A stretch of DNA of 63,580 bases, filler included, from Candidatus Woesearchaeota archaeon (GTDB lineage: Archaea > Nanobdellota > Nanobdellia > Woesearchaeales > CAZJJJ01): NCBI GenBank assembly GCA_046538795.1. It is 3 parts of 3 records of this genome, joined end to end, with 100 filler letters (N's around TTAATTAATTAA, not from the genome) between each part and the next. Parts side by side here need not be neighbours in the genome. Positions count along the whole stretch, not along the records: positions 1 to 22,011 come from JBKHIF010000018.1; 2 more parts are not named here. One strand, 5' to 3'. Shown here piece after piece: positions 7,694 through 17,962 of this stretch. The translations under genes were made by a program, and so were the position numbers. A model generated the notes under the pieces. The model was not told the origin of the DNA. It searched no databases and was given only the letters and a program-made list of their open reading frames with translations. The stretch's first letter is position 1, and each line of letters opens with the position of its first letter.

Positions 7694-9932
7694 TGAGAAA
7701 AAAAAGATAAAAAAAAGATTCAGGTGGAAACTCTGGTTATTTATAGGAATAATGATCACGCTCTTAAGTTTCTTTGGAACAAAAGCATTCCTTATGATAA
7801 ATTTCTACCTTGGAAATGATATTGTTATAAAACTTGAAACAGACAAGGAATACATTGATCTTAAAAGGCTTGATAAAGAAGACCTTGAAATCATATCTAC
7901 TGTTAATACAAACCCTTTCTGTAGTGCTTCTTGCACCTATACTTTCGAAGATCTAAGCCACGGAAAAATAATTGAAGAGCAAAATATTACGCTAGATCCG
8001 CTGCATCCTATGAAAAGACAATATGAGATAAATGCAGACTGGAAAGGAAAAGGACAGGTTTTATTCAGGGCCAACATGGTATGCACAAGCAAAAGCTCAT
8101 TTCTCTGCCACACCAAGGAACGCCCGACAACCAGAAAAATTCTCATACCTGTAAATTATAAGCTAAATGATAAAGATCTTTTAAATATGGCACAAGTCTT
8201 TGAAAAAAGCAAGATTGCAATAAACAATATAAACGATTCACTCAGATACCTTGAGCTTTCCAGAAAACTGATAAACGAAGCATCAGAAAAGATTAATCTT
8301 GATAAATCTAAAGAAATACTATCTGGCATAAACCAAGAAAATGACAATAACATAAACAGGCTTTTTGATGCTGAAATAAGCTTTTCTGATTACAAATTTT
8401 CAGAGTCTCTTGATGAGATTGATAAAGTTATAAATAATTCAAAAGAACTTGAAATTTCATTAAATAATTTGACTCAGGAACTTATCATAATTAAAAATAC
8501 CTACAACGATCTTGTATATCAGATGAATAGGGCAAGAACAAAACTTCTTTATATGAAAGACCTTGCTGCAACCAACAAAGATGCACTCATCTCAATAAAT
8601 AAGACATTAAGCAGATTCAACAAGGTAATTATAATAATGGATGTGAAATCTCCATTAGAAGTTAAAAAAACAACTGTAAATGAACTTTTTGCAAATACAG
8701 ATTTTCTTATTGAATCATATGAAAAAACCCTGCTTAACAAAAAGATATCTCTTGAAAAAAATATCAATACAACATCATCAAAATTATGCGACATCTCAGG
8801 TTTCTGCATAAATTACACCGGAAACAAAACCATGCAAAGAACCTGCGATCAGGCCAAAGAGATCATAGAAGAATATGCTGCAATAAACAGATCATTAAAT
8901 GAAATAAATGCAAGCAATGAGACGCTTGGAATAATTAATTCGATCAACATAACTTCTATAGAATGCAAATTAATAAACATGACAAAATACGAGATTGCAT
9001 CGCTTAATTCAACCAGACTTAGAATACTGAATAATCACACTCTTGAAGAGCAGGATGCGTGGGATATAGGAATAAGATTCTCAGAGCCGGAACCGATATG
9101 CTGTCTTGAGGGTTATTGCGAAGCCTGCTGCGACGAATGCAAGGAAGATAAAGATATGTATCCTCTCATGCTGATCCATGGACATGCAGTCTCAGAATCA
9201 GTATCTGCTGAATTCAGCGCAGAAAACCTGATCCCTTTGCAAACAAGACTTGAAGAAGACAGATATTTCATAGATGCAGGAACAATATCGCTTTATTCTG
9301 AATATGATATTCCAAAAGGCATCTGGGGAAGGATAAACAAGCCAATTTCAATTAAGGCAAGCTACTATTATGATATTTTCAAGACACCCTCAAATTATAA
9401 GACAGTTCAGCTCAAATCTGAAAATATAGATACATATGCAATAAGATTACGAGATCTTGTAGATATTTTACTATACAGAACAGGAAAAGAAAAGGTAAAG
9501 ATAATAGCTCATAGTATGGGAGGTCTTGTCACAAGAAGATATATGCAGCTTTTTGGAGATGAAAAAGTTCATGAGGTGATCCTTATAGGAACACCAAATC
9601 ACGGCATAACAGGAAAGATAGAGAATCTCTGCCCTCTTACAGGATCAAAGCTTGAATGCAGGGATATGAGTGAAGGAAGCGTATTTCTAAGCAAGCTTAA
9701 CAATGGAGAAAAACCAGATATTCCTCTTCATGTGATCGTAGGAAAGGGCTGCGACATGCAGGGAAAAGATGGAGATGGGATTGTAACAACTGAAAATGTT
9801 CCGCTCAAATGGGCAAATAAGTATCATATAGAAGGAACATGTAAAGGATTTAATACTTTGCATGTTGATTTGCAGGATCCAAAAAAGTATCCTGAAAGTT
9901 ATTCTATCATAGAAGACGTGATGGTTAGCTGA
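7677..9932 (+). CDS. Membrane-anchored protein with helical stalk and C-terminal alpha/beta hydrolase (lipase/PGAP1-like)
   Basis: N-terminal TM; CCLEGYCEACCDEC; LIHGH, AHSMGG, GTPNHG, DGIV. Confidence 0.8.
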   Translation: MKKKDNEKKKIKKRFRWKLWLFIGIMITLLSFFGTKAFLMINFYLGNDIVIKLETDKEYIDLKRLDKEDLEIISTVNTNPFCSASCTYTFEDLSHGKIIEEQNITLDPLHPMKRQYEINADWKGKGQVLFRANMVCTSKSSFLCHTKERPTTRKILIPVNYKLNDKDLLNMAQVFEKSKIAINNINDSLRYLELSRKLINEASEKINLDKSKEILSGINQENDNNINRLFDAEISFSDYKFSESLDEIDKVINNSKELEISLNNLTQELIIIKNTYNDLVYQMNRARTKLLYMKDLAATNKDALISINKTLSRFNKVIIIMDVKSPLEVKKTTVNELFANTDFLIESYEKTLLNKKISLEKNINTTSSKLCDISGFCINYTGNKTMQRTCDQAKEIIEEYAAINRSLNEINASNETLGIINSINITSIECKLINMTKYEIASLNSTRLRILNNHTLEEQDAWDIGIRFSEPEPICCLEGYCEACCDECKEDKDMYPLMLIHGHAVSESVSAEFSAENLIPLQTRLEEDRYFIDAGTISLYSEYDIPKGIWGRINKPISIKASYYYDIFKTPSNYKTVQLKSENIDTYAIRLRDLVDILLYRTGKEKVKIIAHSMGGLVTRRYMQLFGDEKVHEVILIGTPNHGITGKIENLCPLTGSKLECRDMSEGSVFLSKLNNGEKPDIPLHVIVGKGCDMQGKDGDGIVTTENVPLKWANKYHIEGTCKGFNTLHVDLQDPKKYPESYSIIEDVMVS

Positions 9933-10170
9933 GAAAAATATAAAATAGATATTTTCTTAATTATATGTCATAAAAAATAAAAAAATCCTGTAAAATACAG
10001 GTGGTTGTTGACATAAAATATAGAAAAAGTGATAAGAATTTTCATAGAAATGATTTATCGCAGGATGGGAATTCTACAGAGCCGGAAGTTATCCCTAAAT
10101 AGGGTTAGCGGATAACAGAAAAAGGCACAACCCACTAAATTTATAAATATCAAAATCAAGAAAACCTGTT

Positions 10171-10659
10171 ATGGCATTAATCTTGTCTCTTAAATTGTCG
10201 AAACTTAAATCTATCATGAATTATCCTGTATTTTCTATAGAAAAAAATAAGACTCTTGCAGATGGGATTAACCTTATGGTTGAACATGATGCAGGTTCAG
10301 TCATAATAACTGATGAGGGAAAACCAAAAGGCATCCTTACTGAAAGAGATCTTCTTCAGGCCCTTCATGACAAGCATTTTTCTGTGAAGACAAAAATACA
10401 CGATCTTGCCACGACAAAATTAAGATCTCTTGCTCCTGATTCTTCAATATCTGATGCATTCAGGATGATGCAAACATACAGGATAAGAAGGGTCCCTATA
10501 ATAAATAAGCATGATCATCTTATAGGAATAGTAACAGAACGCGATGTGATAAAAGCAACTAATGACTATATAAACACCCACAGCAAGATTCAATGGGGAA
10601 TATCAATATTTGTTTTCACTGCACTTATGATCTTTTTCTTGTATCTTATGCTTAGATAA
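10171..10659 (+). CDS. CBS-pair protein with C-terminal TM helix
   Basis: Two CBS repeats (GILTERD, IRRVPI, GIVTERD); hydrophobic C-terminus. Confidence 0.85.
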   Translation: MALILSLKLSKLKSIMNYPVFSIEKNKTLADGINLMVEHDAGSVIITDEGKPKGILTERDLLQALHDKHFSVKTKIHDLATTKLRSLAPDSSISDAFRMMQTYRIRRVPIINKHDHLIGIVTERDVIKATNDYINTHSKIQWGISIFVFTALMIFFLYLMLR

Positions 10660-10739
10660 GATTGATTTCTTTCAAAATTAGCCTTGCTCAAAGAGTACCT
10701 CATTGGTGCAAAGGGCGAAGTATTAAAACCAATACTTTG

Positions 10740-10885
10740 AAATAACTCGAAACCAATTGCTATTCTCCGACCTGCTCAAAGAGTACCCTTGCAGGGCAAA
10801 CACCACAAAAATGCAAGAAATTTTTTAAATTTTTGCACACATGGAAACAAGATTTCAATCGTGTTTCATGTAAAATTTTCAATAA
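10740..10885 (-). repeat. Dispersed ~140-bp multi-hairpin repeat, full copy (plus partial copy at ~10671-10720)
   Basis: Reverse complement aligns end to end with 31006-31145 and 61691-61834. Confidence 0.9.
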
Positions 10886-10893
10886 TCAGAAAG

Positions 10894-13800
10894 TCATATC
10901 TTAAGGCTTATGGCCTTGCTTATTCCATGCTCATTCATAGATATTCCATAAAGGCTGTCTGCTTCTGATATTATGCCGTCATTATGGCTGACCATGATAT
11001 ACTGAGCCTTTTCTGAATAACTTCTGATAAGTTTTGAAAGCTTCTCAGAATTTCTCTTGTCAAGTGCAGCATCTACCTCATCCAGAATATAAAAAGGTGC
11101 TGGATCGTGTTCAAGAATTGCAAATATGAATGCAAGAGCAGTAAGTGTCTTCTCTCCACCGGAAAGACTTCTTATGTCCATGAATTTTCTTCCTGAAAGC
11201 CGAACCTTGATCCTAAGTCCGCCTTCAAAAGGACTCTTGGGATTTTCAAGTTCAAGTCCTGCATCTCCTTTATGCGACACAAGCTTGAATATCTTCTCGA
11301 AATTCTCAGATATAGCACTGTAAGTCTCCATGAACATTTCTGTCTTTTTAGACTCTATCTCATTCATCATCAGAAGAACATCATTTTTCTCAGAAAGAAG
11401 AGTCTGCTTTTTGTCCATAAGATTTTTGTATTCTTTCAGGATCTGCTCATAGACTTCAAGGGCTTTCATGTTGACATTACCCATACTCTGGACCATCCGG
11501 TTGAATTCATCAATCTCTTTCTTTAATTCAGATTCAGGCTTATCAACCAGCTCAACACCTTTGAACTCTGCAAATTCTTCATTAAGTCCAGATAGTTCAG
11601 CTTTTATCCTTGCAATTTCAAGGTTGTTAGCATTAAGCTTTCTTTCGATTTCTCTGATCTTTTCATTCTTGTTGGAGATCTGGTTATCTGATTTCTGGAT
11701 CTCTTCATTGCACTTGTTTTTCTTGTTGAAAAGATCCTTGAACTGTGAATAAAATTTCTTTTGTCTTTCTTCTTTCTCCTTAAGATCTTTAGTCTGCAAA
11801 GATATCTTTTTCTCAAGTTCTTTGATCTCATTTGAGAAATCACTTTCTTCTTTGTTCAGCTGTTTCATGATTTCGTCGGTTTTTTCTTTTTCAGGACCAA
11901 CTATGGTTGCAATCTGCGTATCGATAGAATTTATCTGGGAATTTATCCTTATCTGTTCCTCTTTAAGTTCCTGCCTTTTTTGTTCATATGTGTTAAGCTC
12001 AGCAAGTACTTTTGGATCACGAAGTTCAGATACTTTTGATCTTAGCTTGTGTCTTTCGATCTTAAGGTTTGCAAAATCCCTGTTTGTTGCACTAATCTTT
12101 GAAGCAAGATCATTAATCTCCTTATCAAGCTCTTTGGATTTTTCAGAAAGATCTTTTTTCTGGTTTCGTGTCGCATCCAGATCCCCATCACCTATGTGGA
12201 GACTTCTTTCTTTTTTGATTATATCTCCTTCAAGAGTTGCTTTTAATTCTCTTAATCTTGCAATTTCTTCTTCGTTATCTGAACGCTTTGAATCAAGAGA
12301 TGATGTTACGCTTTTTAGATCTGCAATTTCCTGCTCTACTTTCTCAAGCCTGTCTGCCACCTCTTTTTCCTTAAATCCTATTCCGCTTCTTTTTCCCCTG
12401 TAACCGCCATGCATGGCTCCTGAAAGTTCCATAAGATCTCCTTCAAGAGTCACCATCTTGACCTTGTTTATCCCTATCCGTCTTGCAACATTTATATCCT
12501 GAACTACAAGCGTGTTTCCAAAAACATACGAAAATACGCTTTTGAATTTAGGATCAAAAGAAATAAGATCTATCGCGCGACCGAAAACGCCGTTTGTTTT
12601 TGCAAGGGATTTTGCTTCAGATGATTCAGGAGCGCCACGTATTTTATTCAAAGGAAGGAATGATGCAGTACCTAATCTGTTTGATTTAAGGTATTTTATA
12701 CAATCTGCGGCACTCTTATCATCCTGGACAACTATACTTTTTATTTTAGCGCCAGCTGCGATCTCAAGTGCAAGGGAATACTTTGAACTTACATTTCCAA
12801 GATCTGAAACAGTCCCATGAACGTTGAACTTTGACTTATTGTCAAGTATTTTGGCTATCGCCTGGTTTCCTGCCATGCTTTCTGTAATGCTGACATTTTT
12901 CACCTGAAGCCTTGAAAGTTCTTCTAAAGAACTTTGCAGTCTCTGTCTTGCCGTAGAAAGCTGTGCAGCAAGTTCAGAATCATCATTAAGGCGCTTGTTA
13001 AGTTCAAGGGTTGCTTTTTTAAATTGATCCTTCATGTTCTTGAGTTCTTCAAGTTCCCTCTTATGCTCTTTCTCTATTCCAGAAACCTTTGCAATAGTCT
13101 GGTCAAGGTTGTCTATCTGGAAATCAATTTTGTCTTTTTCCCTAAGAGTATTCTGCTGTTTCTCCCTCAGTTCAGCAATCTCAGTCTCAAGAGCCTCTGC
13201 TTTCTTGTCGATCTCTTCTATATTTTGTTCAATCTCATGAGCATCATCCACATTTGATTTTTCCCTGAATTTAGCGATATTTTTTTCGATTTTTTCGATA
13301 TCTTTTACTATCTGGGATTTTTGCTTCTCAAGACCGGTTCGCTCTGCAGTAAAAACAGATATCCTGCTATCAATTTCATCAAGATTATTTTTCATCTGCT
13401 CTTTTCTGTTCATGATGTTTGCTATCTGGGTCTTGCAGTTTTCAATCCTCGTATTATGAGTTGCAAGTTCAACTCTCAGATTTTCTACCTGCTTGTTAAG
13501 TTCAACCTGTTCTTTTTCGCCTTTCTCTTCAATCTCGTTGTTAATAGCTTCAATCTCTTTCTTTCTTGCATCCACTATTTTCTTGTGATCATCAATCTCA
13601 TTGTTAAGCTTTTCAAGCTCTGTTATGAACTTCTCGTTCTTTTCGTCGAAGACAGATTTTTCTCCTTCTTTTTTCTTGATCTGGATGTTTAAGTATGATG
13701 CCTTGTTCTGCGAAAGCATATCCTCAAGCTCCTTGTATTTTAGCGCCTGGTCGCGGTCTTTCTTGAGTTCTTTTATATAGGTCTCTTTCTCCTGCATGAT

Positions 13801-14382
13801 TATGTCTGCTTCCTTCATGTCCTGTTCGACCTTTTCAAGCTCATTTACAGCCTTTTTCTTCTTTTCTTCATAGATCGATATTCCTGATATCTCTTCAATT
13901 ATTTTTCTTCTTTCATCTGCGCTGATCTCAACTATCCTCATGACATCTCCCTGAAGTATTATGTTATAGCCATCAGGATTTATCATGGCTGCGCTTAAAA
14001 GATCAAGTATCTGTTGCCTTGTCCTTACCTTATCATTTATCTTATATACACTTTGGCCATTTTGCTTTATGAAGCGAGAAATCTTTATAACATGCTCTGC
14101 AAGCGGAAATTCTTTGCTGGAATTATCAAAATATATAGATACTTCGCCTTCTTTGGACGGATTCTTTGTTTTCCCTCCATTATATATCAGGTGAGATGAT
14201 TTTTCCGCCCTGAGAGACTTTGAAGAACTTTTTCCTAATACAAAACAAAGGGCATCAAGAATATTGGATTTTCCTGAGCCGTTTGGCCCGAGAATGCACG
14301 AAAATTCATCTGAAAATAGCAATTCAGTCTTGTTTGCAAAAGACTTAAAACCCTTCATCTCAAGTTTGTTTATCTTGGTCAT
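10894..14382 (-). CDS. smc: Chromosome segregation protein SMC
   Basis: Walker A GPNGSGKS, coiled coils, hinge (GTASFLPLNK, VFGNTLV), LSGGE signature, ILDEVDAALD. Confidence 0.97.
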   Translation of the reverse strand: MTKINKLEMKGFKSFANKTELLFSDEFSCILGPNGSGKSNILDALCFVLGKSSSKSLRAEKSSHLIYNGGKTKNPSKEGEVSIYFDNSSKEFPLAEHVIKISRFIKQNGQSVYKINDKVRTRQQILDLLSAAMINPDGYNIILQGDVMRIVEISADERRKIIEEISGISIYEEKKKKAVNELEKVEQDMKEADIIMQEKETYIKELKKDRDQALKYKELEDMLSQNKASYLNIQIKKKEGEKSVFDEKNEKFITELEKLNNEIDDHKKIVDARKKEIEAINNEIEEKGEKEQVELNKQVENLRVELATHNTRIENCKTQIANIMNRKEQMKNNLDEIDSRISVFTAERTGLEKQKSQIVKDIEKIEKNIAKFREKSNVDDAHEIEQNIEEIDKKAEALETEIAELREKQQNTLREKDKIDFQIDNLDQTIAKVSGIEKEHKRELEELKNMKDQFKKATLELNKRLNDDSELAAQLSTARQRLQSSLEELSRLQVKNVSITESMAGNQAIAKILDNKSKFNVHGTVSDLGNVSSKYSLALEIAAGAKIKSIVVQDDKSAADCIKYLKSNRLGTASFLPLNKIRGAPESSEAKSLAKTNGVFGRAIDLISFDPKFKSVFSYVFGNTLVVQDINVARRIGINKVKMVTLEGDLMELSGAMHGGYRGKRSGIGFKEKEVADRLEKVEQEIADLKSVTSSLDSKRSDNEEEIARLRELKATLEGDIIKKERSLHIGDGDLDATRNQKKDLSEKSKELDKEINDLASKISATNRDFANLKIERHKLRSKVSELRDPKVLAELNTYEQKRQELKEEQIRINSQINSIDTQIATIVGPEKEKTDEIMKQLNKEESDFSNEIKELEKKISLQTKDLKEKEERQKKFYSQFKDLFNKKNKCNEEIQKSDNQISNKNEKIREIERKLNANNLEIARIKAELSGLNEEFAEFKGVELVDKPESELKKEIDEFNRMVQSMGNVNMKALEVYEQILKEYKNLMDKKQTLLSEKNDVLLMMNEIESKKTEMFMETYSAISENFEKIFKLVSHKGDAGLELENPKSPFEGGLRIKVRLSGRKFMDIRSLSGGEKTLTALAFIFAILEHDPAPFYILDEVDAALDKRNSEKLSKLIRSYSEKAQYIMVSHNDGIISEADSLYGISMNEHGISKAISLKI

Positions 14383-14690
14383 ACGAATCCCTGTTGACTA
14401 CCATGTTTATATTTTACTGCCATATTTATACATTGCTTATAATTGCATATGGTTGTGCAGATCAACATATTATGATGACGTGATTATCACCACAAACACT
14501 TTCCCACACAACAAATCCTAAGTAAGGTAATCATATTTAAATCTATCGACTAATAGAAGCAGGCAAAAAAATTACGATACAATAATCTATTTCAATTTAA
14601 TGGCTGTAATTTGAACAATTACCTTTTGCTATATAATATATATTAAGAAAACCAGGCATTAATTAAGATGTAAAAAAATATCATCAGCTC

Positions 14691-15353
14691 TCAATCATTT
14701 TTTATAAATCCTGCAAGAGAACTCTGCATTCTTTTCTTATCAAGAAGCTTCCAGGGCTTCCATGATTTCCTGAAAAATGGATAATTCCTGAAATGAGTTT
14801 CAAGAAAATTCTTTGTAAGAGGATCTGAAAGATATCCTGAGCCAAAGTCAACTCCATATTTTTCCTTTATCTTCTCGATCTCGCGATCTCTTATGACTTT
14901 TGCTATTATGGATGCTGCCGCAACAACAGGGTAATTCAGATCTGCCTTATGCTCGACAAAAAGCCTTTGCTTCTTATTAAAAAGCATATCTCTTAGCTCG
15001 GTTTCATAAGCTGCACGATTTATAGAAGGACAATCAACATATATCTTTTCAATAATGTCTTTGTTTATGAGAGATGCTGTTGTCTTTGCCTCAAGAAGAT
15101 TTAGGTTGAACCTTGTTTTAAGAAGCGAGTAATCTATCTCTGTACTCGTGATTATCTTATACCTGCAATCAGAAGCAATATCCATAAGATCATCAAATAT
15201 TTCTTCGCGTTTTGCTTTTGAAAGAAGCTTTGAATCTTTTACACCAAGAAGCCTTAGCTTATCTATATCTTCGTGGTTCATAATATAGATTGCCATTACC
15301 ATAGGACCAATTATAGGACCTCTTCCTGCCTCATCAACTCCTCCAATAAGCAT
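14691..15353 (-). CDS. rnhB: Ribonuclease HII
   Basis: GVDEAGRGP, GVKDSK, HKAD, AASIIAKV, GSGY; start placed at MLIGGVDE. Confidence 0.95.
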   Translation of the reverse strand: MLIGGVDEAGRGPIIGPMVMAIYIMNHEDIDKLRLLGVKDSKLLSKAKREEIFDDLMDIASDCRYKIITSTEIDYSLLKTRFNLNLLEAKTTASLINKDIIEKIYVDCPSINRAAYETELRDMLFNKKQRLFVEHKADLNYPVVAAASIIAKVIRDREIEKIKEKYGVDFGSGYLSDPLTKNFLETHFRNYPFFRKSWKPWKLLDKKRMQSSLAGFIKND

Positions 15354-15391
15354 TATTATCAAAAATAAAAGAATCAAGGTAATTAATAAAT

Positions 15392-16543
15392 CTATTCTTC
15401 ATCATCAATATCAAAACCGTCTGAATCTTCATCAGAATCGTTTCCAGAGCCATTATCTGATTCTCTATTAGAATAATCAGAATAATCTTCAGAACCATCA
15501 TAAGACTTTTTTTCAGATTCAGTTTCTGATTTTAACTCAGAACTATCTTTAGCCACTTCCTCTCCATCAACTTCACATGGCTCATCATTTTCAAAAGGAG
15601 ACCAGCCGATCTGATATTCTTCATAGACATGAGAAACATCAAAATTCACATAATTATCCAAAAACATGTGCTTGAACTTATCAGTAAGCTCTCTTAGATG
15701 ATTGTCGTCTTTCACGTACAGTTCAAAACAAAGATCATAGCTTCCAAGAACCTCATAAGCAGAAAAGCAGGTCTTTGTACTGTCGAAAAATTCAATCATC
15801 CGGTTTGATACACTGTGATCTTTAACGACTACATCCAACTGTATGAGTTCACGATTGAACTTATCAAGATTAAGAGAAGTATAGTATCCAACGATCACAC
15901 CCATGTCTTCAAGCTTGTTAAGATGATATTTTATCACCTGAGGCTTCTCTTTAAGACATCTCGAAAGATCAATAAGTTTCACTCTTGCATCCATAGATAT
16001 CTGCTTAAGTATCTTAAGATCCAGATCATCAATATCTGCTATGTACGGTTCACCAAGATAAAATGGCGTCTTTATGGTTTCTTCCTGATAAAAAATTTTC
16101 TGGTTAAACTTATATGATGTGATAAGAGTATGTACGCTCTTTTTCTGAAGATATTCTCCATAATTTCTTGTTAGGGCTTCTAAGAAACGCTTGACATCAT
16201 AAGGATGTCTTTGCATTGTTACAAACGAAATATCATAAGGTCCTTCTGTAAGCTTAATATTAGAACAACTTTTTTCTTTTTTTAGAAAATCAATTATGCT
16301 CTCTTCTATATCAGATGTGATCTTGTAGTATTTTAGAAACATCTTATAATACTGATAACCGAGCATAGAACCATTAATTATTGTATAAAAATATTTTATA
16401 TAATCGCTCTTGATCAAACGCTTTATCCTGTAATTCACAGTCTCTTTAGGAAGCTGGATCTTTTTACCTATCTTCGAAGCAGAGATTCTTGCATTCTTAT
16501 CAAGTTCATAAAGTATTTTTTTATCATATAGATCCATTTTCAT
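15392..16543 (-). CDS. Tandem Lrp/AsnC-family transcriptional regulator with acidic tail
   Basis: Two HTH repeats (DLYDKKILYELDKNAR; DDLDLKILKQISMDAR); D/E/S-rich C-terminus. Confidence 0.9.
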   Translation of the reverse strand: MKMDLYDKKILYELDKNARISASKIGKKIQLPKETVNYRIKRLIKSDYIKYFYTIINGSMLGYQYYKMFLKYYKITSDIEESIIDFLKKEKSCSNIKLTEGPYDISFVTMQRHPYDVKRFLEALTRNYGEYLQKKSVHTLITSYKFNQKIFYQEETIKTPFYLGEPYIADIDDLDLKILKQISMDARVKLIDLSRCLKEKPQVIKYHLNKLEDMGVIVGYYTSLNLDKFNRELIQLDVVVKDHSVSNRMIEFFDSTKTCFSAYEVLGSYDLCFELYVKDDNHLRELTDKFKHMFLDNYVNFDVSHVYEEYQIGWSPFENDEPCEVDGEEVAKDSSELKSETESEKKSYDGSEDYSDYSNRESDNGSGNDSDEDSDGFDIDDEE

Positions 16544-16926
16544 AAATAAAAACCCCCAAAATCGTTCTCAAATCTATATTATTAAAAAGTCATATTATAT
16601 AATTGTTGTGTTTAATTAATCTATTTTTCTAAAAATTTTCAAAATTTTGGGTGCAATATTCTAATAACGAGCAACACTATAAGAAGAAATTAAATCAGCT
16701 TTCTTTTTTTAAAATTGTGATAAAATTGTGCTTAACATAATCTTGAAGACAAAATAAAAATAGTTTGATGATTATTTCATAGTAGTCACTAATGATAAAA
16801 TCAAACCAAGAATTACGCAATCCAAAACAGAAATTACCTTTTTTTCATAGATTGCACAAACATCCCTGAAATTATTTTTTAAAAGATGCATACCTTTTCT
16901 TAGATATTGACAGAGGGGTGTTTGAT

Positions 16927-17088
16927 ATGAAAAGTAAAAAACAAAAAAAACTATATGAATTTCTGAACGGAAAAGACTTCAACAAGTTTGATGAAGATAG
17001 ATTTTTCGGAGGAGAACTTATGGATGAAGCAAAAAATATCCATAGAGACCTGTTGTGGTTTGAGCATGGAGACTTAGGAGAAATATAG
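16927..17088 (+). CDS. Small hypothetical protein (53 aa; not in ORF track)
   Basis: GAGGGGTG RBS before ATG; MKSKKQKKLYEFLNGKDFNKFDEDRFFGGELMDEAKNIHRDLLWFEHGDLGEI. Confidence 0.5.
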   Translation: MKSKKQKKLYEFLNGKDFNKFDEDRFFGGELMDEAKNIHRDLLWFEHGDLGEI

Positions 17089-17162
17089 GATAAGCAAAAT
17101 ATGTAAATGACTACAACAACAAAATTCAAAAGATATAATATACAAATGTAAAAGGTGATATT

Positions 17163-17462
17163 GTGCAGGAGTATAAAAACAAAAAGAAAAAAAACAAAGG
17201 AAATGGAGTTTTATATACTTTGATTTTACTTTTTGCAGTTACATCTATTCTTTTTGCATCAGGATGTGCTCGCGAAGAAATGAGTGAACAAGATATTTGT
17301 GAAGACGCAGGAGGAAACTGGGAACTCATGCCGAATTCCTGCGTAGATTCTTGTGAATATAATCGAAATCCGGATTCTATAATTTGCGCTCAGGCGTTGA
17401 CTTATGGATGCAACTGCGGCGAAGGCATGTGCTGGAACGGCAATGATTGTGTTGAGATATGA
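17163..17462 (+). CDS. Small Cys-rich secreted protein/lipoprotein
   Basis: AGGTGA RBS, signal peptide with FASGC lipobox-like motif, eight further Cys (CEDAGGNW...CWNGNDC). Confidence 0.75.
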   Translation: MQEYKNKKKKNKGNGVLYTLILLFAVTSILFASGCAREEMSEQDICEDAGGNWELMPNSCVDSCEYNRNPDSIICAQALTYGCNCGEGMCWNGNDCVEI

Positions 17463-17587
17463 TTGCTGTTTTCAGCTACCTTTTTCTCATCTTTTTTCTT
17501 TATCTCATTTTTTTTTCTTTATCTCATAATATCATTCAAGAGGTCATTCAAGAAGCAATTATCTTTTCTAATAAGTTTGAATTAAGA

Positions 17588-17656
17588 AAATAACTCGAAA
17601 ACAAAGGCCATTTCCCTAACTAAAGGACAGGGAATAGCCATCGGTTTGAGTTATTC
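17588..17656. repeat. Two inverted copies of the 3' end of the dispersed repeat
   Basis: AATAACTCGAAA..GGCCATTTCCCT facing AGGGAATAGCCATCGGTTTGAGTTATT. Confidence 0.7.
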
Positions 17657-17962
17657 TAAAAAGTCACATTAGAGTACAGACTTAAACAAAACAAAAAAAT
17701 CTAAACTGCAAATTGTGTCTTGAAAAAATAACGCCTCCTATGTTTTATATATTTTTCAGACAATTAAATTTTTGTTGTTGTGATATTTGTTTGACTCTCA
17801 TAAAATAATTTTCAAATTACAGAGTCGCCAAACAGTATAAATGATGTGTTGATATGATGCTTTTGATTGATATTGATAGATAGATTTGATGTGAGAATTA
17901 TAATAAGAGATGATACATTTGTTGCCATGATCACATTCATTAAAAACAAACGGGGTGTTAAT

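Noticed and set aside
11126..14521. Many plus-strand ORFs overlapping smc
   Set aside because: Antisense shadows of a long coding gene; the same applies to shadow ORFs over enolase, OFOR, the S-layer gene and glgA
17867..17962. N-terminal extensions in the ORF track (S-layer; likewise 48091-48198, 41796-41921, 20748-20804, 50154-50186)
   Set aside because: Downstream starts fit RBS position or family N-termini better, and several extensions overlap neighbouring genes
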